Origin: Gemmatimonadales bacterium
GTDB lineage: Bacteria; Gemmatimonadota; Gemmatimonadetes; Gemmatimonadales; GWC2-71-9
Assembly (NCBI GenBank): GCA_965249575.1
Contig: OZ252244.1
Span: forward strand, 448,001-512,000
DNA length: 64,000 nucleotides
Reading direction: 5' to 3'
Position numbers and translations under genes: made by a program. Shown here one piece after another: positions 9,934 through 20,171 of the stretch. How positions within the stretch are numbered: position 1 is the first letter of the stretch; each line of letters begins with the position of its first letter. The notes beneath the pieces were generated by a model that had not been told where the DNA came from, made no database searches, and saw nothing but the letters and a program-made list of their open reading frames with translations.

Positions 9934-12276
9934 ATGGTGAAACCGGTGACCGTCAGCGCTGAAAACGAGCTCGCCCTCGAGCGCCCGCCCTACGGACTCG
10001 CGGGCCTCGTGGCGCTGTTACTGCTGGTCCTCTACGTCGCGACCATCGGGCCCACGACGCAGTTCTGGGACACGTCCGAATACATCGCCGCCGCGAAGGT
10101 CCTGGGCATACCTCACCCGCCGGGCAACCCGCTGTTCGTACTCCTGGCAAGCGTGTGGGGCATGCTGCCGATCGCGGCAAGCTACGCGCTGCGTATCAAT
10201 CTCCTGGCCGCAACCACCAGCGCGTTGGCGTCTGGCTTCCTGTTTCTCGTGGCCGACCGATTCCTCCGCGACACGATGGCCGCGCCCCAATGGGTTCGCC
10301 GGGCGACGGCGTTCGCGGGTGTCTTCGTCGCCGCCACGTCCTTCACCGTCTGGAACCAGTCGACGGCGAACGAGAAGGTGTACACGGTCAGCCTGCTGTC
10401 GATCGCGCTCGTCCTGTGGATCACCGTGCATTGGGGCGACGACACGCCCGGGCCGCACCGCGACCGCTGGCTCGTGCTCATCGGGTATCTGCTGACGCTC
10501 GGCTCGACGAATCACATGATGGGCGTGCTGGTCACCCCGGCGGTGGGCATCTACGTCCTGGGCACCGATCTCCGCGAGGCGACCAGGCCCTGGGTCCTCG
10601 CCATGGGGTTCGCGTTCGCCCTGGCCGTAACCGGCGCGTGGAGTGCCCTCGTCGATGGGCCCGCGGAGCTCAAGTTCGCCATCCTGGCGGGCGCGGTGGC
10701 ACTCGCCGTGTATACCGCCGTGCGGGACAGCCGGGAATTCGCCCGCCCCATGCTGTATATCGCCATCGGCGCCGTCGCCGTCGGGATATCCCTCAACTAC
10801 ACGTTCCTCCCGATTCGAGCGAACCACTTCCCGCCGATCAACGAGGGGGAGCCCACCAACTGGCAGTCCCTCCTGGCGGTCCTGAATCGGGATCAGTACG
10901 CCAAGCCGCCCCTGTCGATGCGCCAGGCCGACTTCGCATCGCAACTCGCGAATTACTGGCAGTACTTCACCTGGCAATTCGCACGGGACTGGGGCGCGCC
11001 GGTGCGAGCCGTCCTGGCCGCGGTGTTCGCGGGCATCGGGCTGGCCGGCGCCTGGCGCCAGTGGCAGCGGAGCCGACGCGCCGCACTCGCTATGACCGCG
11101 CTCATGGCGACGTTTACCGTGTTCCTGATCTACTACCTCAACTTCAAGAACGGGTTCTCGATCCGCCCCGGCGAAGACCTGATTCGGGAGGTGCGCGAGC
11201 GGGATTACTTCTTCGTCGGATCGTTCCTGCTGTGGGGCATCTGGGTGGCCCTGGGATTCGGGGTGCTCGTCGAGACCACCGCCGACTTCTTCCGGGAGCG
11301 ATTCCCAGAACCGCTCCGGTGGCGCGTCGCGTCGCCAGTGCTCGCCCTGGCGTTGATTCCGCTGTTCGGGAATCGGCTCACGGCGCCGCGTGCCGGCGAA
11401 AGCCTGGCGAGGGATTTCGCCGTTGACCTACTGCAGTCCGTGGAACCCAACGCCATCCTGATCACGGCCGGCGACAACGACGCGTTCCCGCTGTGGTATG
11501 CCCAGGAAGTGGAAGGAGTTCGAAAGGACGTCCTGTTACCCAACCAATCCCTTCTGAACACCAAGTGGCACCTCCGTCAGCTCCAGCGGAGGGCAGCCTT
11601 CCCGTTCGACTCTGCCAACGCCGCCGACCCGTATCGGGGACGCTCGTGGCCGGACCCGCCAACCGATCCTCCGTTCGATCTGACGATGGAAGAGCTCGAT
11701 GCGTTACCGCCGTACTTCCAGATAACGGAACGATCGATTTTTCGGGTGGGCGAAGTCACGGCTGTCCTCGAAGCTGGAGGCCTCGAGCGATCCGACCTCG
11801 CGACACTGCAGCTCATGCGAGACAACCTCGGGAAGCGGCCCATTTACTTCTCCCGGACGACCGCCGCCTACCCAGACCGCCTCGGACTCACGTCTTTCCT
11901 TCTCGGACAGGGGCTGGCCCGCAAGCTCCTCCCCCACCCCATCGAGGAGAGCGACACCACGGCGATGGTGCCGGGATTGGGGTGGGTGGATATCCCGCGG
12001 ACCTCGCAGCTGCTGTTTGACGTGTATCACTACGAGTCCGCGGCGAAGGACCGGCCTCGGGGATGGATCGACATCCCCTCGGAGGGCATTATGGCGCTGT
12101 ATGGCGTGACCTATTTGTCCTTCAGCCAGGCCCCGGGGCTAGGCGGACGCGATCTGACCGGGGGCGGCGACTCCCTCTCAGCCGATCTCGCCGCGCGCGC
12201 GCGGGACATCGGCACGCGAATCCTCAACAACACCAGTTACTCCCGAAACGCCGCGCGCCTCACGACACCCCCCTGA
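9934..12276 (+). CDS. DUF2723 / TMEM260-like GT-C membrane glycosyltransferase
   Basis: FWDTSEYIAAA..LGIPHPPGNPLF, EVRERDYFF, GDNDAFPLWYAQEVEG; many transmembrane helices. Confidence 0.88.
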   Translation: MVKPVTVSAENELALERPPYGLAGLVALLLLVLYVATIGPTTQFWDTSEYIAAAKVLGIPHPPGNPLFVLLASVWGMLPIAASYALRINLLAATTSALASGFLFLVADRFLRDTMAAPQWVRRATAFAGVFVAATSFTVWNQSTANEKVYTVSLLSIALVLWITVHWGDDTPGPHRDRWLVLIGYLLTLGSTNHMMGVLVTPAVGIYVLGTDLREATRPWVLAMGFAFALAVTGAWSALVDGPAELKFAILAGAVALAVYTAVRDSREFARPMLYIAIGAVAVGISLNYTFLPIRANHFPPINEGEPTNWQSLLAVLNRDQYAKPPLSMRQADFASQLANYWQYFTWQFARDWGAPVRAVLAAVFAGIGLAGAWRQWQRSRRAALAMTALMATFTVFLIYYLNFKNGFSIRPGEDLIREVRERDYFFVGSFLLWGIWVALGFGVLVETTADFFRERFPEPLRWRVASPVLALALIPLFGNRLTAPRAGESLARDFAVDLLQSVEPNAILITAGDNDAFPLWYAQEVEGVRKDVLLPNQSLLNTKWHLRQLQRRAAFPFDSANAADPYRGRSWPDPPTDPPFDLTMEELDALPPYFQITERSIFRVGEVTAVLEAGGLERSDLATLQLMRDNLGKRPIYFSRTTAAYPDRLGLTSFLLGQGLARKLLPHPIEESDTTAMVPGLGWVDIPRTSQLLFDVYHYESAAKDRPRGWIDIPSEGIMALYGVTYLSFSQAPGLGGRDLTGGGDSLSADLAARARDIGTRILNNTSYSRNAARLTTPP

Positions 12277-12289
12277 ACGAACCGAGGAA

Positions 12290-14371
12290 TCAGGGGCCAC
12301 CCCCGATTTCGAGCCCGAGGTACACATTTCGCCCGGGAGCCGGCTCGAAGTAGCGTCCAAACCCGGCATTCACCCGTACCGCCCCCACATACGTTTCATC
12401 GAAGAGATTGTGCACGCCCGCGAACGGACTGAATGCCCAACCGGCGAGATGCCCGTCCCAACCGAACCGAATGCCCGTGGTCACCCACCCGTTATTTCTC
12501 GTGCTGTTCGCATCATCCAGGTAGGACGATGAGGAATGCGTGACGTCGACCGCCATCCAGAGTCGCGGGGGCGCTTCGAACCGCCCGGTCATGTGGAGGT
12601 AATGCTCGGGCACACCGGGGATCGTATTCCCATCGAAGATGTCGAGCGCCGTGCGGAACGATTCGAAGCGGTGGCGCGCCAGCGTATACGCCACGCGAAA
12701 TGAGACCCCCGGGAGCGGCCCCCCCCCGATCCCAATCTCGACGCCGCTGTGCGTAGACGAGCCCGCGTTGCGAAAGAACCGACGGCCGGGCTCGCCGGGG
12801 ACCTCGAAGGGGATCAGCTCGTCGCGCACCGCGGCCCGAAAAGCCGACACGCCGTAGTGCAACGCCTCGCCGACCCGGCCGCGAAGTCCCACTTCCACGG
12901 TCGTGGCGCTCTGCGCATTCAACCCCGGATTGAAGCCGCCGCCACCCTGGGGACGGTTGGCGAGCTCGGTCGTCGTGGGCGTCTCGAACGACGTTCCGAC
13001 ACTAGCGTAGGGCTCGGCCGCCACGTGGAGGCGCCAGGCGAGGCCCGCGGTACCCGACACAGCCGACATCGTCCGCTTCCCCGAATCATCCCCATCGCCC
13101 AACAGACGATCGCTCGCTTGGAAGGACACGAGATCCACCCGCGCCCCGACGGTCAGCGTGAGCGGCGGCACAGGCTGAACCGTCGCTTGGAGAAACGGAC
13201 CGACTTCCGTAACCCGCTCGACCTGGCTTCGCGTTTCCGCCACCCGTCCGGGATCAAAGTTCCGCCGGTCGTCTCGCTGGCGCTGCAGATCGAATCCCGC
13301 CGTGAGCAGCGACGACCCCAGCCCCGGCGGTCCCGCGAGGGTCGCGCTTGCCCTCGCGCCGTATGCCCAGCGGTCGAGATCGATGAACGCGAAGGACAGC
13401 TGATTTGCCAGCGTCCGCCGCAGGCCGAACAGCGTGACCGCAATCCGGCCGGCCGGCAGGGCATGTTGCAGCGTCACGCCGGCTTGGGACTGCGTCACGT
13501 CCTTGCCGGCGTCGGAGGAGAGGTTCCTGGGATTCGGGGCGGCCGGTGAGCTATCCGCCTCGGCAGCGTTCAGCCCGCCTGGATCCTGAAGGAGCGGCTG
13601 ATCGGCGACTTGGGCGCGCACGATGAGTTGGGTGCGCGAGCCAACCGCTTGGCCGACCCTGATGGAGAGTCGGCGCGTGTCTGCCCGGCTGTGTCTCCGG
13701 AAGCCGTCCAGCGTCGTTCGCGCAACCGACACGGACACGTAGCCGTTCCCCGCGGGAGCGACAACGCCCGCGCGCCATTTCTTGAGTCCATAGGCCCCCC
13801 CCACCATATGGGCCCGCGGCTCGGTTCGGTCTGGTCGAGTCGCCTCACTCCAGAGGCTCACCACGCCCCCGGACGCGTTGCCGTAGAGGGTGGAGGCCGA
13901 CGTTCGAAGCACCTCGATCGTCTCGATTTCAGCGAGATCGACGTTTGTCAGTTGACCCTGGCCGTCCGGGAGCGTTTGCGGAATGCCGTCCAGCAGCACC
14001 TTCAGCCCGCGAACGCCAAAGGCCGAGCGGGCGCCGAACCCGCGGATCGAGAGCTGCTGGTCTTGGGCGTAGTTGTGACGGTTCGCGACCAACACCCCGG
14101 GGATCCCGACGAGCGCCTCGTCGAGGCCAGCTGTCAGCCGTCCGCGCACGGCATCCCGCCGATCCAATACCGTCACCGCATACGGCACCCCGGTCATCGG
14201 TTGCGTCGTTCGCGTGACCGTGATCCGGATCGGATCGAGTAGCGCCGAGTCGCGGGGCTCCGCGCGGATCGTATCGGAGACGGGCTGTTGCGTGGCCCAT
14301 ATCGGCGCGACAACGACGCCGGAGGAGCACACGAATCCAAGGAAAGTGAGGAGGTACCACCGGAGTTTCAC
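12290..14371 (-). CDS. TonB-dependent receptor (YncD-like)
   Basis: Plug motif LSIRGFGARSAFGVRG..DGIPQTLPDGQ, SFETPT, C-terminal YFEPAPGRN. GTG 14371 follows a GGGAGGA RBS and starts a signal peptide. Confidence 0.92.
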   Translation of the reverse strand: MKLRWYLLTFLGFVCSSGVVVAPIWATQQPVSDTIRAEPRDSALLDPIRITVTRTTQPMTGVPYAVTVLDRRDAVRGRLTAGLDEALVGIPGVLVANRHNYAQDQQLSIRGFGARSAFGVRGLKVLLDGIPQTLPDGQGQLTNVDLAEIETIEVLRTSASTLYGNASGGVVSLWSEATRPDRTEPRAHMVGGAYGLKKWRAGVVAPAGNGYVSVSVARTTLDGFRRHSRADTRRLSIRVGQAVGSRTQLIVRAQVADQPLLQDPGGLNAAEADSSPAAPNPRNLSSDAGKDVTQSQAGVTLQHALPAGRIAVTLFGLRRTLANQLSFAFIDLDRWAYGARASATLAGPPGLGSSLLTAGFDLQRQRDDRRNFDPGRVAETRSQVERVTEVGPFLQATVQPVPPLTLTVGARVDLVSFQASDRLLGDGDDSGKRTMSAVSGTAGLAWRLHVAAEPYASVGTSFETPTTTELANRPQGGGGFNPGLNAQSATTVEVGLRGRVGEALHYGVSAFRAAVRDELIPFEVPGEPGRRFFRNAGSSTHSGVEIGIGGGPLPGVSFRVAYTLARHRFESFRTALDIFDGNTIPGVPEHYLHMTGRFEAPPRLWMAVDVTHSSSSYLDDANSTRNNGWVTTGIRFGWDGHLAGWAFSPFAGVHNLFDETYVGAVRVNAGFGRYFEPAPGRNVYLGLEIGGGP

Positions 14372-14475
14372 GTCGAGACCGTTCCTCCCTCGAGCCCAGC
14401 CGGCGAACTGCTTGCACCCTACGGGCTTGGCGGTCCAGGGCCATCCGCAGGCGTGCCAGAGGCGCCGGAGCGCTA

Positions 14476-14503
14476 TTGACAGGTGGCGTGCGGACCCCAT
14501 TAT
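14476..14503 (+). promoter_or_regulatory. Sigma70-type promoter TTGACA-N16-CATTAT
   Basis: Perfect -35 at 14476-14481, upstream of the ORF at 14639. Confidence 0.55.
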
Positions 14504-14638
14504 ACCTAGCCGGTAGGTTCCACGCAGGCGCCGATCCCCGGGAATCCCGCCCGGATCGCAGCCTCGAAGCCTCACTTGGTGTGGCTCTCATCCTGCTTGT
14601 GGCGCGTGCCGGCCCACATCGCGTGAGGAGGGCGCGTC

Positions 14639-15352
14639 ATGAACTTCATGTTTCGTGCGTTGGTTGTAGGACTCGCGAGCGTGGCGAGCGTGGCGAGCGC
14701 GGTCCAGGGGCAAACCCGCATCATAATCGGCCGGGTCACCGACTCGGTCACAACGCGTCCGGTCACCACCGGCGAGGTCGCGGTGTTGGGCACGGACCTC
14801 AAAGCCCCAATCAAGGAGGACGGTTCTTTCGTTCTCAGCGCCCCCATGCGAGAAATCACGCTTGGCGTGAAGGTGAAGGGGTTTCGGGACTCCGAGCTGG
14901 TCGTCTCTAGCGACCAGGACTTGGTTTCCATGAAGGTCACTCGCGACTACTTCGAACTCGACGCTGTGGTGGTGAGCGGACAGGCGACCGGAGTCGGGCG
15001 ACGGAACCTGGCCAACGCAATCGGGCAGGTTTCCGAAGAAGACTTGGCAAAATCCCCGCCTCAGAACATGGAGCAGGCGCTCAAGGGCAGGGTGCCGGGC
15101 GCTGAAATGCGATCGACCGGCATTCCCGGCGGTCAGGTGTTCCTGCGACTGCGCGGCGTATCCACGCTCCTGGGCCGTACGACGCCCCTGTTCATCGTGG
15201 ACGGCGTCACGGTGTCGAGCATCGACGACATCAATCCGAACGACGTCGCGAGCATCGAGGTGCTCAAAGGCGCATCGGCCGGCGCCATGTACGGCTCAAA
15301 GGGCTCGAATGGGGTGATAATCATCAAGACAAAGCGGGGCTCCTACCGCTAA
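14639..15352 (+). CDS. SusC/RagA-like N-terminal protein (carboxypeptidase-like domain plus plug, no beta-barrel)
   Basis: Signal peptide, IIIGRVTDS, PLFIVDG, INPNDVASIEVLKGASAGAMYGSKGSNGVIIIKTKRG, then a stop. Confidence 0.85.
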   Translation: MNFMFRALVVGLASVASVASAVQGQTRIIIGRVTDSVTTRPVTTGEVAVLGTDLKAPIKEDGSFVLSAPMREITLGVKVKGFRDSELVVSSDQDLVSMKVTRDYFELDAVVVSGQATGVGRRNLANAIGQVSEEDLAKSPPQNMEQALKGRVPGAEMRSTGIPGGQVFLRLRGVSTLLGRTTPLFIVDGVTVSSIDDINPNDVASIEVLKGASAGAMYGSKGSNGVIIIKTKRGSYR

Positions 15353-15398
15353 GTCCCCGCCCCAACAGGAACCAAGCTCGTCATTGCCGCCTCGCCGA

Positions 15399-18122
15399 TC
15401 AGTTCGGCGAGGCGGCGATGTTTTCCAAGCGCCTCAGGGTCTCCCCCACGAGGCGCATCCGCTCGCCATACTCCGTCCAATTCCCCGTCCGCTGGGCCGC
15501 GATTGCCTGCTCGTAATGGCTGGAGGCCTCTCTCGCCAGATCGGCCACGCTCGGCCCTACGACGGTCGACGCCGTGGAGGCATCAGCGACGAGCGGTAGC
15601 CTCGGCACGGACTGGATCGATCCCCCAAATAGCCGCGTGAGGCCGCGGTCGAGCGTTTCCTCCATCACGACCTGGTTTTGGTAGGCGACGACCACCCGCT
15701 TGAGCTCCGGGATGCGCCCCCCCTCGGCCCGCAAGTAGAGCGCTTGCACGAAGATCAAGGACTCCTCAATGGGGATGACGAGGAGATTGCCCCGGATCAC
15801 CTCGGAGCCTCGCTGATCCCAAAGCGACACCTGTCGTGAGATCTCGGTATCCTGGTTGATGCGATTCAGGATCTGCGTCGGACCGAACACGAGGCTCTGG
15901 CGCGGGAAGCGATACACGATGAGCTGACCGTAGTCATCACCGTCGCTGCGCGCGACCATCCACGCCGCCAAGTTGTCCTTTTGTCGAGGGGTAAACGGCG
16001 TCATCGAGATGAACTCTTCCCGCCCTTCCCCGGGGAGTTTCATGATCATGCGCCGCAGGAAGGGATCGCGGGAACCCTGGACCGCCATGACCGGGATCTG
16101 CCACTGGTCCTCGCGATGATAGAAGATCTGCGGCGCATCCATATGGTAGGTCGTGTACAAAGCCGTTTGCGCGGCGAAGAGATCTTCGGGATACCGAATA
16201 TGGGCCTTGAGGTCGGCCGGCATCGCACTCAGCGGCTTGAACACGCCCTCGAACGCCCGGGCGTACGTCTGGATGATCGGGTCGTCGGGAACGGCGACAT
16301 AGGCCTGGAGATCACCGTCGTAGGCGTCCAGGACGACCTTCACGCTGTTCCGCAGGTAGTTCGTACCGTCAGCGAGCGGCTGAGCATACGGGTAGCGCGT
16401 CGAGCTCGTGTAGGCATCCAGGATCCATTTGAGCCGGCCGTCCTCCGCGATCACGAGATAGGGATCGTCGTCCCACCGCAGAAACGGAAGCGCCTTTTCG
16501 GCACGTTCCTGGATGTTGCGATAGAACAACACCTGGCTTTCCGCCGTGATGTCCTGCGACAGCAGAACCTTCAGCGATCGGAATCGAGCAGCGAGTAGGG
16601 CCCGACGCGCCAGCGAGCCGACGCGCACGCCGCCGTCTCCCTCATAGTTGGTGAACGCGTTGTCCTCGCCCGACGGGTAGTCGAACTCCTCCTGACGCGT
16701 GTTGACGAACACGTGGTCGTTGGAAAGCTCACCGTAATAGATGCCCGGGCGCGTCACCTGCAGGGAGACGCTCGACGAGGGAGGAAGGTCTTTTACGAAG
16801 AGAACCGGCAGGCCCTCCAGCGTGACCTGATTCACCGGACTCAGCGTGAGCCCCATGCCGTGCGTGAACGTCAACCGCTCGTTGATGAATGTTCGCGTGG
16901 GCAGCGACGCCGAGTTCAGCTCTCGCGGTGACAGCAGGACCTGTCGGTACTCGCCGTCGATCCAATAGCGATCGTCATCGACCGAAACGAAGTCGTAGTA
17001 TGTGCGGATTTCCTGGAGCTGCCCGAAGGTCTGCAACAGGGGATCTCGATCCCACAGGCGGACGTTCTTGATCGTCCCGCTGTTGATCTGGATATCGTCC
17101 AGGGAGAGCCGGGCCTCGCCGCTCAAATCGCGAACGAGCACGTCGTTCAGCCCCCACGCCCGCCGCGTCGCCGAGATGTGATGCTGGAGCTGCGGCGTCT
17201 CACGGACCAGCTCGTTCGGCGCCACGACCAAGCGCTGCACCACCGACGGCACGAAGGTACCGAGGACACCGGACACGATCACGTAGCCCACGACCGCGAT
17301 GAGGGTGTGCCGCAGCAGACGCCCGCTTCGAGCGCCCGCGATCACGACGCCGGCGCCGATCAGGGCAACCACCGCTGCCACCTTCAACAACGGGGCGCTC
17401 ACGGCTAGGTCGGTATAGCTCGCCCCGAACAGCGGTCCCGTGGTGGAATACACCAGCGACGGGATTCCAACGAAGTACACGTTCGCCGCGGTGAGGACGA
17501 AGAGCAGGGCCATCAGCACTGCGAGGTGAGTGCCGGCGGACGGCTCGATCCTCACTTGGCTCTTCGCAACCAAGATATCCCGCCGGAGCACGTAGATCGG
17601 CACCACCATGACGAGCACGAGAACCGTCAACGTCACGATGACCCCGAGCGCAGCGGAAACCGCGGGCAGCGTGAAGACATAGTATCCGACATCGCGCCCG
17701 AACACGGGGTCTGCGACATCGAACGGTACCTGGTTGACGAATCGTAAGAGCGTGAGCCAAATGCCCGACACCGAGACGCCGACCAGCAAGCCCAACAGCA
17801 GCGAGATGGGCAACACCAGCCGGCGGAGCACCCGGGTTAGGTCGATCATTGGGAGGTTGGGACTGAGGCTCACCACGACCGGATCGGGCACCAGGCCGCG
17901 CTGCGCGATCCGCAGATTCACGTAGAAGAACGCAAAAGCGAACAGGCCCGCGCCTGCGGCGAGTCCAGTCTTCGTTCCCAGCTGCGTCAGGAAGATCGTC
18001 TCGTAGCCGATCGTGCCGAACCACAGCCAGTCGGTCAGGAACCCAACAGCCACCGGGACGCCGATGGTGATCAGGAAGAAGGCACCCAGCAACACGATCA
18101 ATAGAGTGGGTCCGCGCTTCAT
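15399..18122 (-). CDS. UPF0182 family membrane protein
   Basis: TDWLWF, DPVFGRDVGYYVF, NVRLWD, NYLRNSVK, HIRYPEDLF, VIRGNLLVIP, IPELKRV; probable ATG 18122. Confidence 0.93.
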   Translation of the reverse strand: MKRGPTLLIVLLGAFFLITIGVPVAVGFLTDWLWFGTIGYETIFLTQLGTKTGLAAGAGLFAFAFFYVNLRIAQRGLVPDPVVVSLSPNLPMIDLTRVLRRLVLPISLLLGLLVGVSVSGIWLTLLRFVNQVPFDVADPVFGRDVGYYVFTLPAVSAALGVIVTLTVLVLVMVVPIYVLRRDILVAKSQVRIEPSAGTHLAVLMALLFVLTAANVYFVGIPSLVYSTTGPLFGASYTDLAVSAPLLKVAAVVALIGAGVVIAGARSGRLLRHTLIAVVGYVIVSGVLGTFVPSVVQRLVVAPNELVRETPQLQHHISATRRAWGLNDVLVRDLSGEARLSLDDIQINSGTIKNVRLWDRDPLLQTFGQLQEIRTYYDFVSVDDDRYWIDGEYRQVLLSPRELNSASLPTRTFINERLTFTHGMGLTLSPVNQVTLEGLPVLFVKDLPPSSSVSLQVTRPGIYYGELSNDHVFVNTRQEEFDYPSGEDNAFTNYEGDGGVRVGSLARRALLAARFRSLKVLLSQDITAESQVLFYRNIQERAEKALPFLRWDDDPYLVIAEDGRLKWILDAYTSSTRYPYAQPLADGTNYLRNSVKVVLDAYDGDLQAYVAVPDDPIIQTYARAFEGVFKPLSAMPADLKAHIRYPEDLFAAQTALYTTYHMDAPQIFYHREDQWQIPVMAVQGSRDPFLRRMIMKLPGEGREEFISMTPFTPRQKDNLAAWMVARSDGDDYGQLIVYRFPRQSLVFGPTQILNRINQDTEISRQVSLWDQRGSEVIRGNLLVIPIEESLIFVQALYLRAEGGRIPELKRVVVAYQNQVVMEETLDRGLTRLFGGSIQSVPRLPLVADASTASTVVGPSVADLAREASSHYEQAIAAQRTGNWTEYGERMRLVGETLRRLENIAASPN

Positions 18123-18265
18123 TGCTACCCTCTTTTTCTCTGGGGAGCTGGTAAAGATAGTCACTGGACCGAACCGCCGTGAGAGACGCTCAGATATCTC
18201 ATGGGCCCCGTGGCCAAGCCAATGGGGTGCGGTTGTGAGTTCTGGTAGCGCGAGGGAACTTACCC

Positions 18266-19798
18266 ATGTTTGTGAGCCGACGAGACGACACTCGGATACG
18301 TGGCCCCGACGGAGCGACCGTCTCCCGCCGATGGGCGCTTGCGGCAGGCGTGCACACCGCGCTGCTCGCGGCCTGTGGGGGCGAACCCGTCAGGGAGCCG
18401 GCGAGCCTACCCAACCCGGGCGGCCCCGTCGTGGAGGTCGAGCGCCGCCCGGTGCCACACGTCGTGACGATCACCCCGGCGGAGTCCCTCGTCCTCGACC
18501 CCGTCGCTCCCACGAACGAGGTTCGCCTTCTCTTCTTCAGGGGCAGAGCCGCACACCCCGACTCTCGAGGTGGGGCATTGGTCCCGATTGGAGGCGGTGC
18601 GTTCCGGGTGAGCTCAGATCTTCGTTTCGAGCCCCTCGCCTTGCCCGGGGACCGGCGAGAGATCAGAAGCGTGGCGCCAGGGCCCGGTGGGGGGCATTGG
18701 CTGGCGACGGGCCAGGGTGAGGTCCTGCGCACCGACGCAACCGGCCAGATCGTCGCGAGCGCCGCGAGCCCCTTCGAGTTCCCCGCCCTCGCTTCGGATC
18801 TCGAGGGGGCCGCGTGGCTCGTCCGATCGCCCGGGCAGCTGTCACTCAAGCCGCCGGGCCTCGATTCCTACCCGCTGCTCTTCCGCGTCGCTCCCGACGG
18901 GGCGTTGGGCATCGGGCTGGGTACCGGCATGATCGCCCGGGACCGCGCGCTCAGTGGCCTCGCGAACTCCGGGTACGTCGCTACGGCAGGGGCAGCGGTC
19001 TTCTATGCCCCCTACCTGCGGGACGAACTGTTCGGCTTTTCAAGCTCTGGCAAGGACACGCTCTGGGTCGCCTCGCGAACACTCGTCCCCGCCCCCCCCC
19101 GCCCGGAAGTGGGGTTTGACCCGGACGCACCGGGCGGCGTGCGATACACGCCGGTGCAACTCGGCCTTGCGGTCGGCCCTGACGGCCGCCTCTACGCATT
19201 GTCCGCTCATTCGTCCGGCGCGAGGCTCGACGTCCTCGATATGGCGAGCGGTGAGATTGTGCGGTCGACGTCAGGCCTGACCACCGAGAGCACCGTCGCC
19301 GCCGACTCGAGCGGGCGTGTGTATCTCCTCGACGATTGGGAGCTACCGGCGAGCGTCTCGACACGGCCCAGGCCCGAGTTCCGCCCGTTCGATCTCGAGT
19401 TACTCGCGGGCGGCCGACTGACCTCGGAGCACATCCGGGGGAAAGTGGCCTTGATCAACCTCTGGGCCAGCTGGTGCCTCCCCTGCCGGGTCGAGATGCC
19501 CGCCTTGGATCGCCTGCGGCACGCCATCCAGCACCCGGACTTCGTCTTTCTCACCATGAATGAAGACGTGCGGCGCCCGGACGCGACGCGTTTCCTCAGC
19601 GAGTTCGACTTCGATTTTCCGGTGCTACTGGGCGGTGGCAAACTAAAGGCCCATTACCACTACGTTGGCCTGCCGATGACCTTCCTGGTCGATCGAAATG
19701 GCCGGATCGCCGGTCGCTGGATCGGCTTCGCAGGAGACAGGCAAGTGGAGATGATCGAAGTGATGGTGCGAAACGAGGTAAAAAACGGTGAGATGTGA
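18266..19798 (+). CDS. Lipoprotein with beta-propeller-like N-terminus and C-terminal TlpA-type thioredoxin
   Basis: ALLAAC lipobox, NHL-like repeats (GLAVGPDGRLY), NLWASWCLPCRVEMP, GLPMTFLVDRNG. Confidence 0.8.
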   Translation: MFVSRRDDTRIRGPDGATVSRRWALAAGVHTALLAACGGEPVREPASLPNPGGPVVEVERRPVPHVVTITPAESLVLDPVAPTNEVRLLFFRGRAAHPDSRGGALVPIGGGAFRVSSDLRFEPLALPGDRREIRSVAPGPGGGHWLATGQGEVLRTDATGQIVASAASPFEFPALASDLEGAAWLVRSPGQLSLKPPGLDSYPLLFRVAPDGALGIGLGTGMIARDRALSGLANSGYVATAGAAVFYAPYLRDELFGFSSSGKDTLWVASRTLVPAPPRPEVGFDPDAPGGVRYTPVQLGLAVGPDGRLYALSAHSSGARLDVLDMASGEIVRSTSGLTTESTVAADSSGRVYLLDDWELPASVSTRPRPEFRPFDLELLAGGRLTSEHIRGKVALINLWASWCLPCRVEMPALDRLRHAIQHPDFVFLTMNEDVRRPDATRFLSEFDFDFPVLLGGGKLKAHYHYVGLPMTFLVDRNGRIAGRWIGFAGDRQVEMIEVMVRNEVKNGEM

Positions 19799-19830
19799 GT
19801 GGTGAATGGTGAGTGGTGAGTGGTGAGTGA
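19787..19830 (+). repeat. Heptamer tandem repeat (GGTGAGT)n
   Basis: ggtgagat gtgagt ggtgaat ggtgagt ggtgagt ggtgagt ga. Confidence 0.9.
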
Positions 19831-19905
19831 TTGGCCCGCAATGTCAGTCTCGTCCGGAAAGGATATGATGGGGCCCAGTCGATAGCGTCGGCCAGATTTC
19901 GAGCC

Positions 19906-20139
19906 ATGGAGAGCTATCGCTCGCTCGTCGTGTGGCAGCTGGCTCACCAACTCTGCCTGGGGATCCTTCGGGCTACTGATATCCCCTCCCACCCAAGAGT
20001 GCGCCCAGGCGAGATGGGATATCTGTCCTCGAACGTGGCAAACGACCTTCAAGCTGCTGTGGATCTGACTATGCCGCCGCTCGTTGGACTGCTCCGGAGT
20101 TTCGATCACCAGGACCGGCGTACCCAGTCACCGAGATAA
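19906..20139 (+). pseudogene. Four-helix-bundle (23S IVP-like) protein, internally deleted
   Basis: MESYRSLVVWQLAHQL is the typical N-terminus and EMGYLS...LVGLLRS the C-terminus. The central QxRRAxxSxxxNIAEG region is missing (77 aa total). Confidence 0.7.
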
Positions 20140-20142
20140 TCA

Positions 20143-20171
20143 TCACTGACCACTCACCACTCACTACTCAC
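20143..20171 (-). repeat. Inverted heptamer tandem repeat (CACTCAC)n
   Basis: tcactgac cactcac cactcac tactcac, the reverse complement of the 19787-19830 array. Confidence 0.85.

Noticed and set aside
19906..20139. Diversity-generating retroelement (Avd)
   Set aside because: No reverse transcriptase or TR/VR pair seen.
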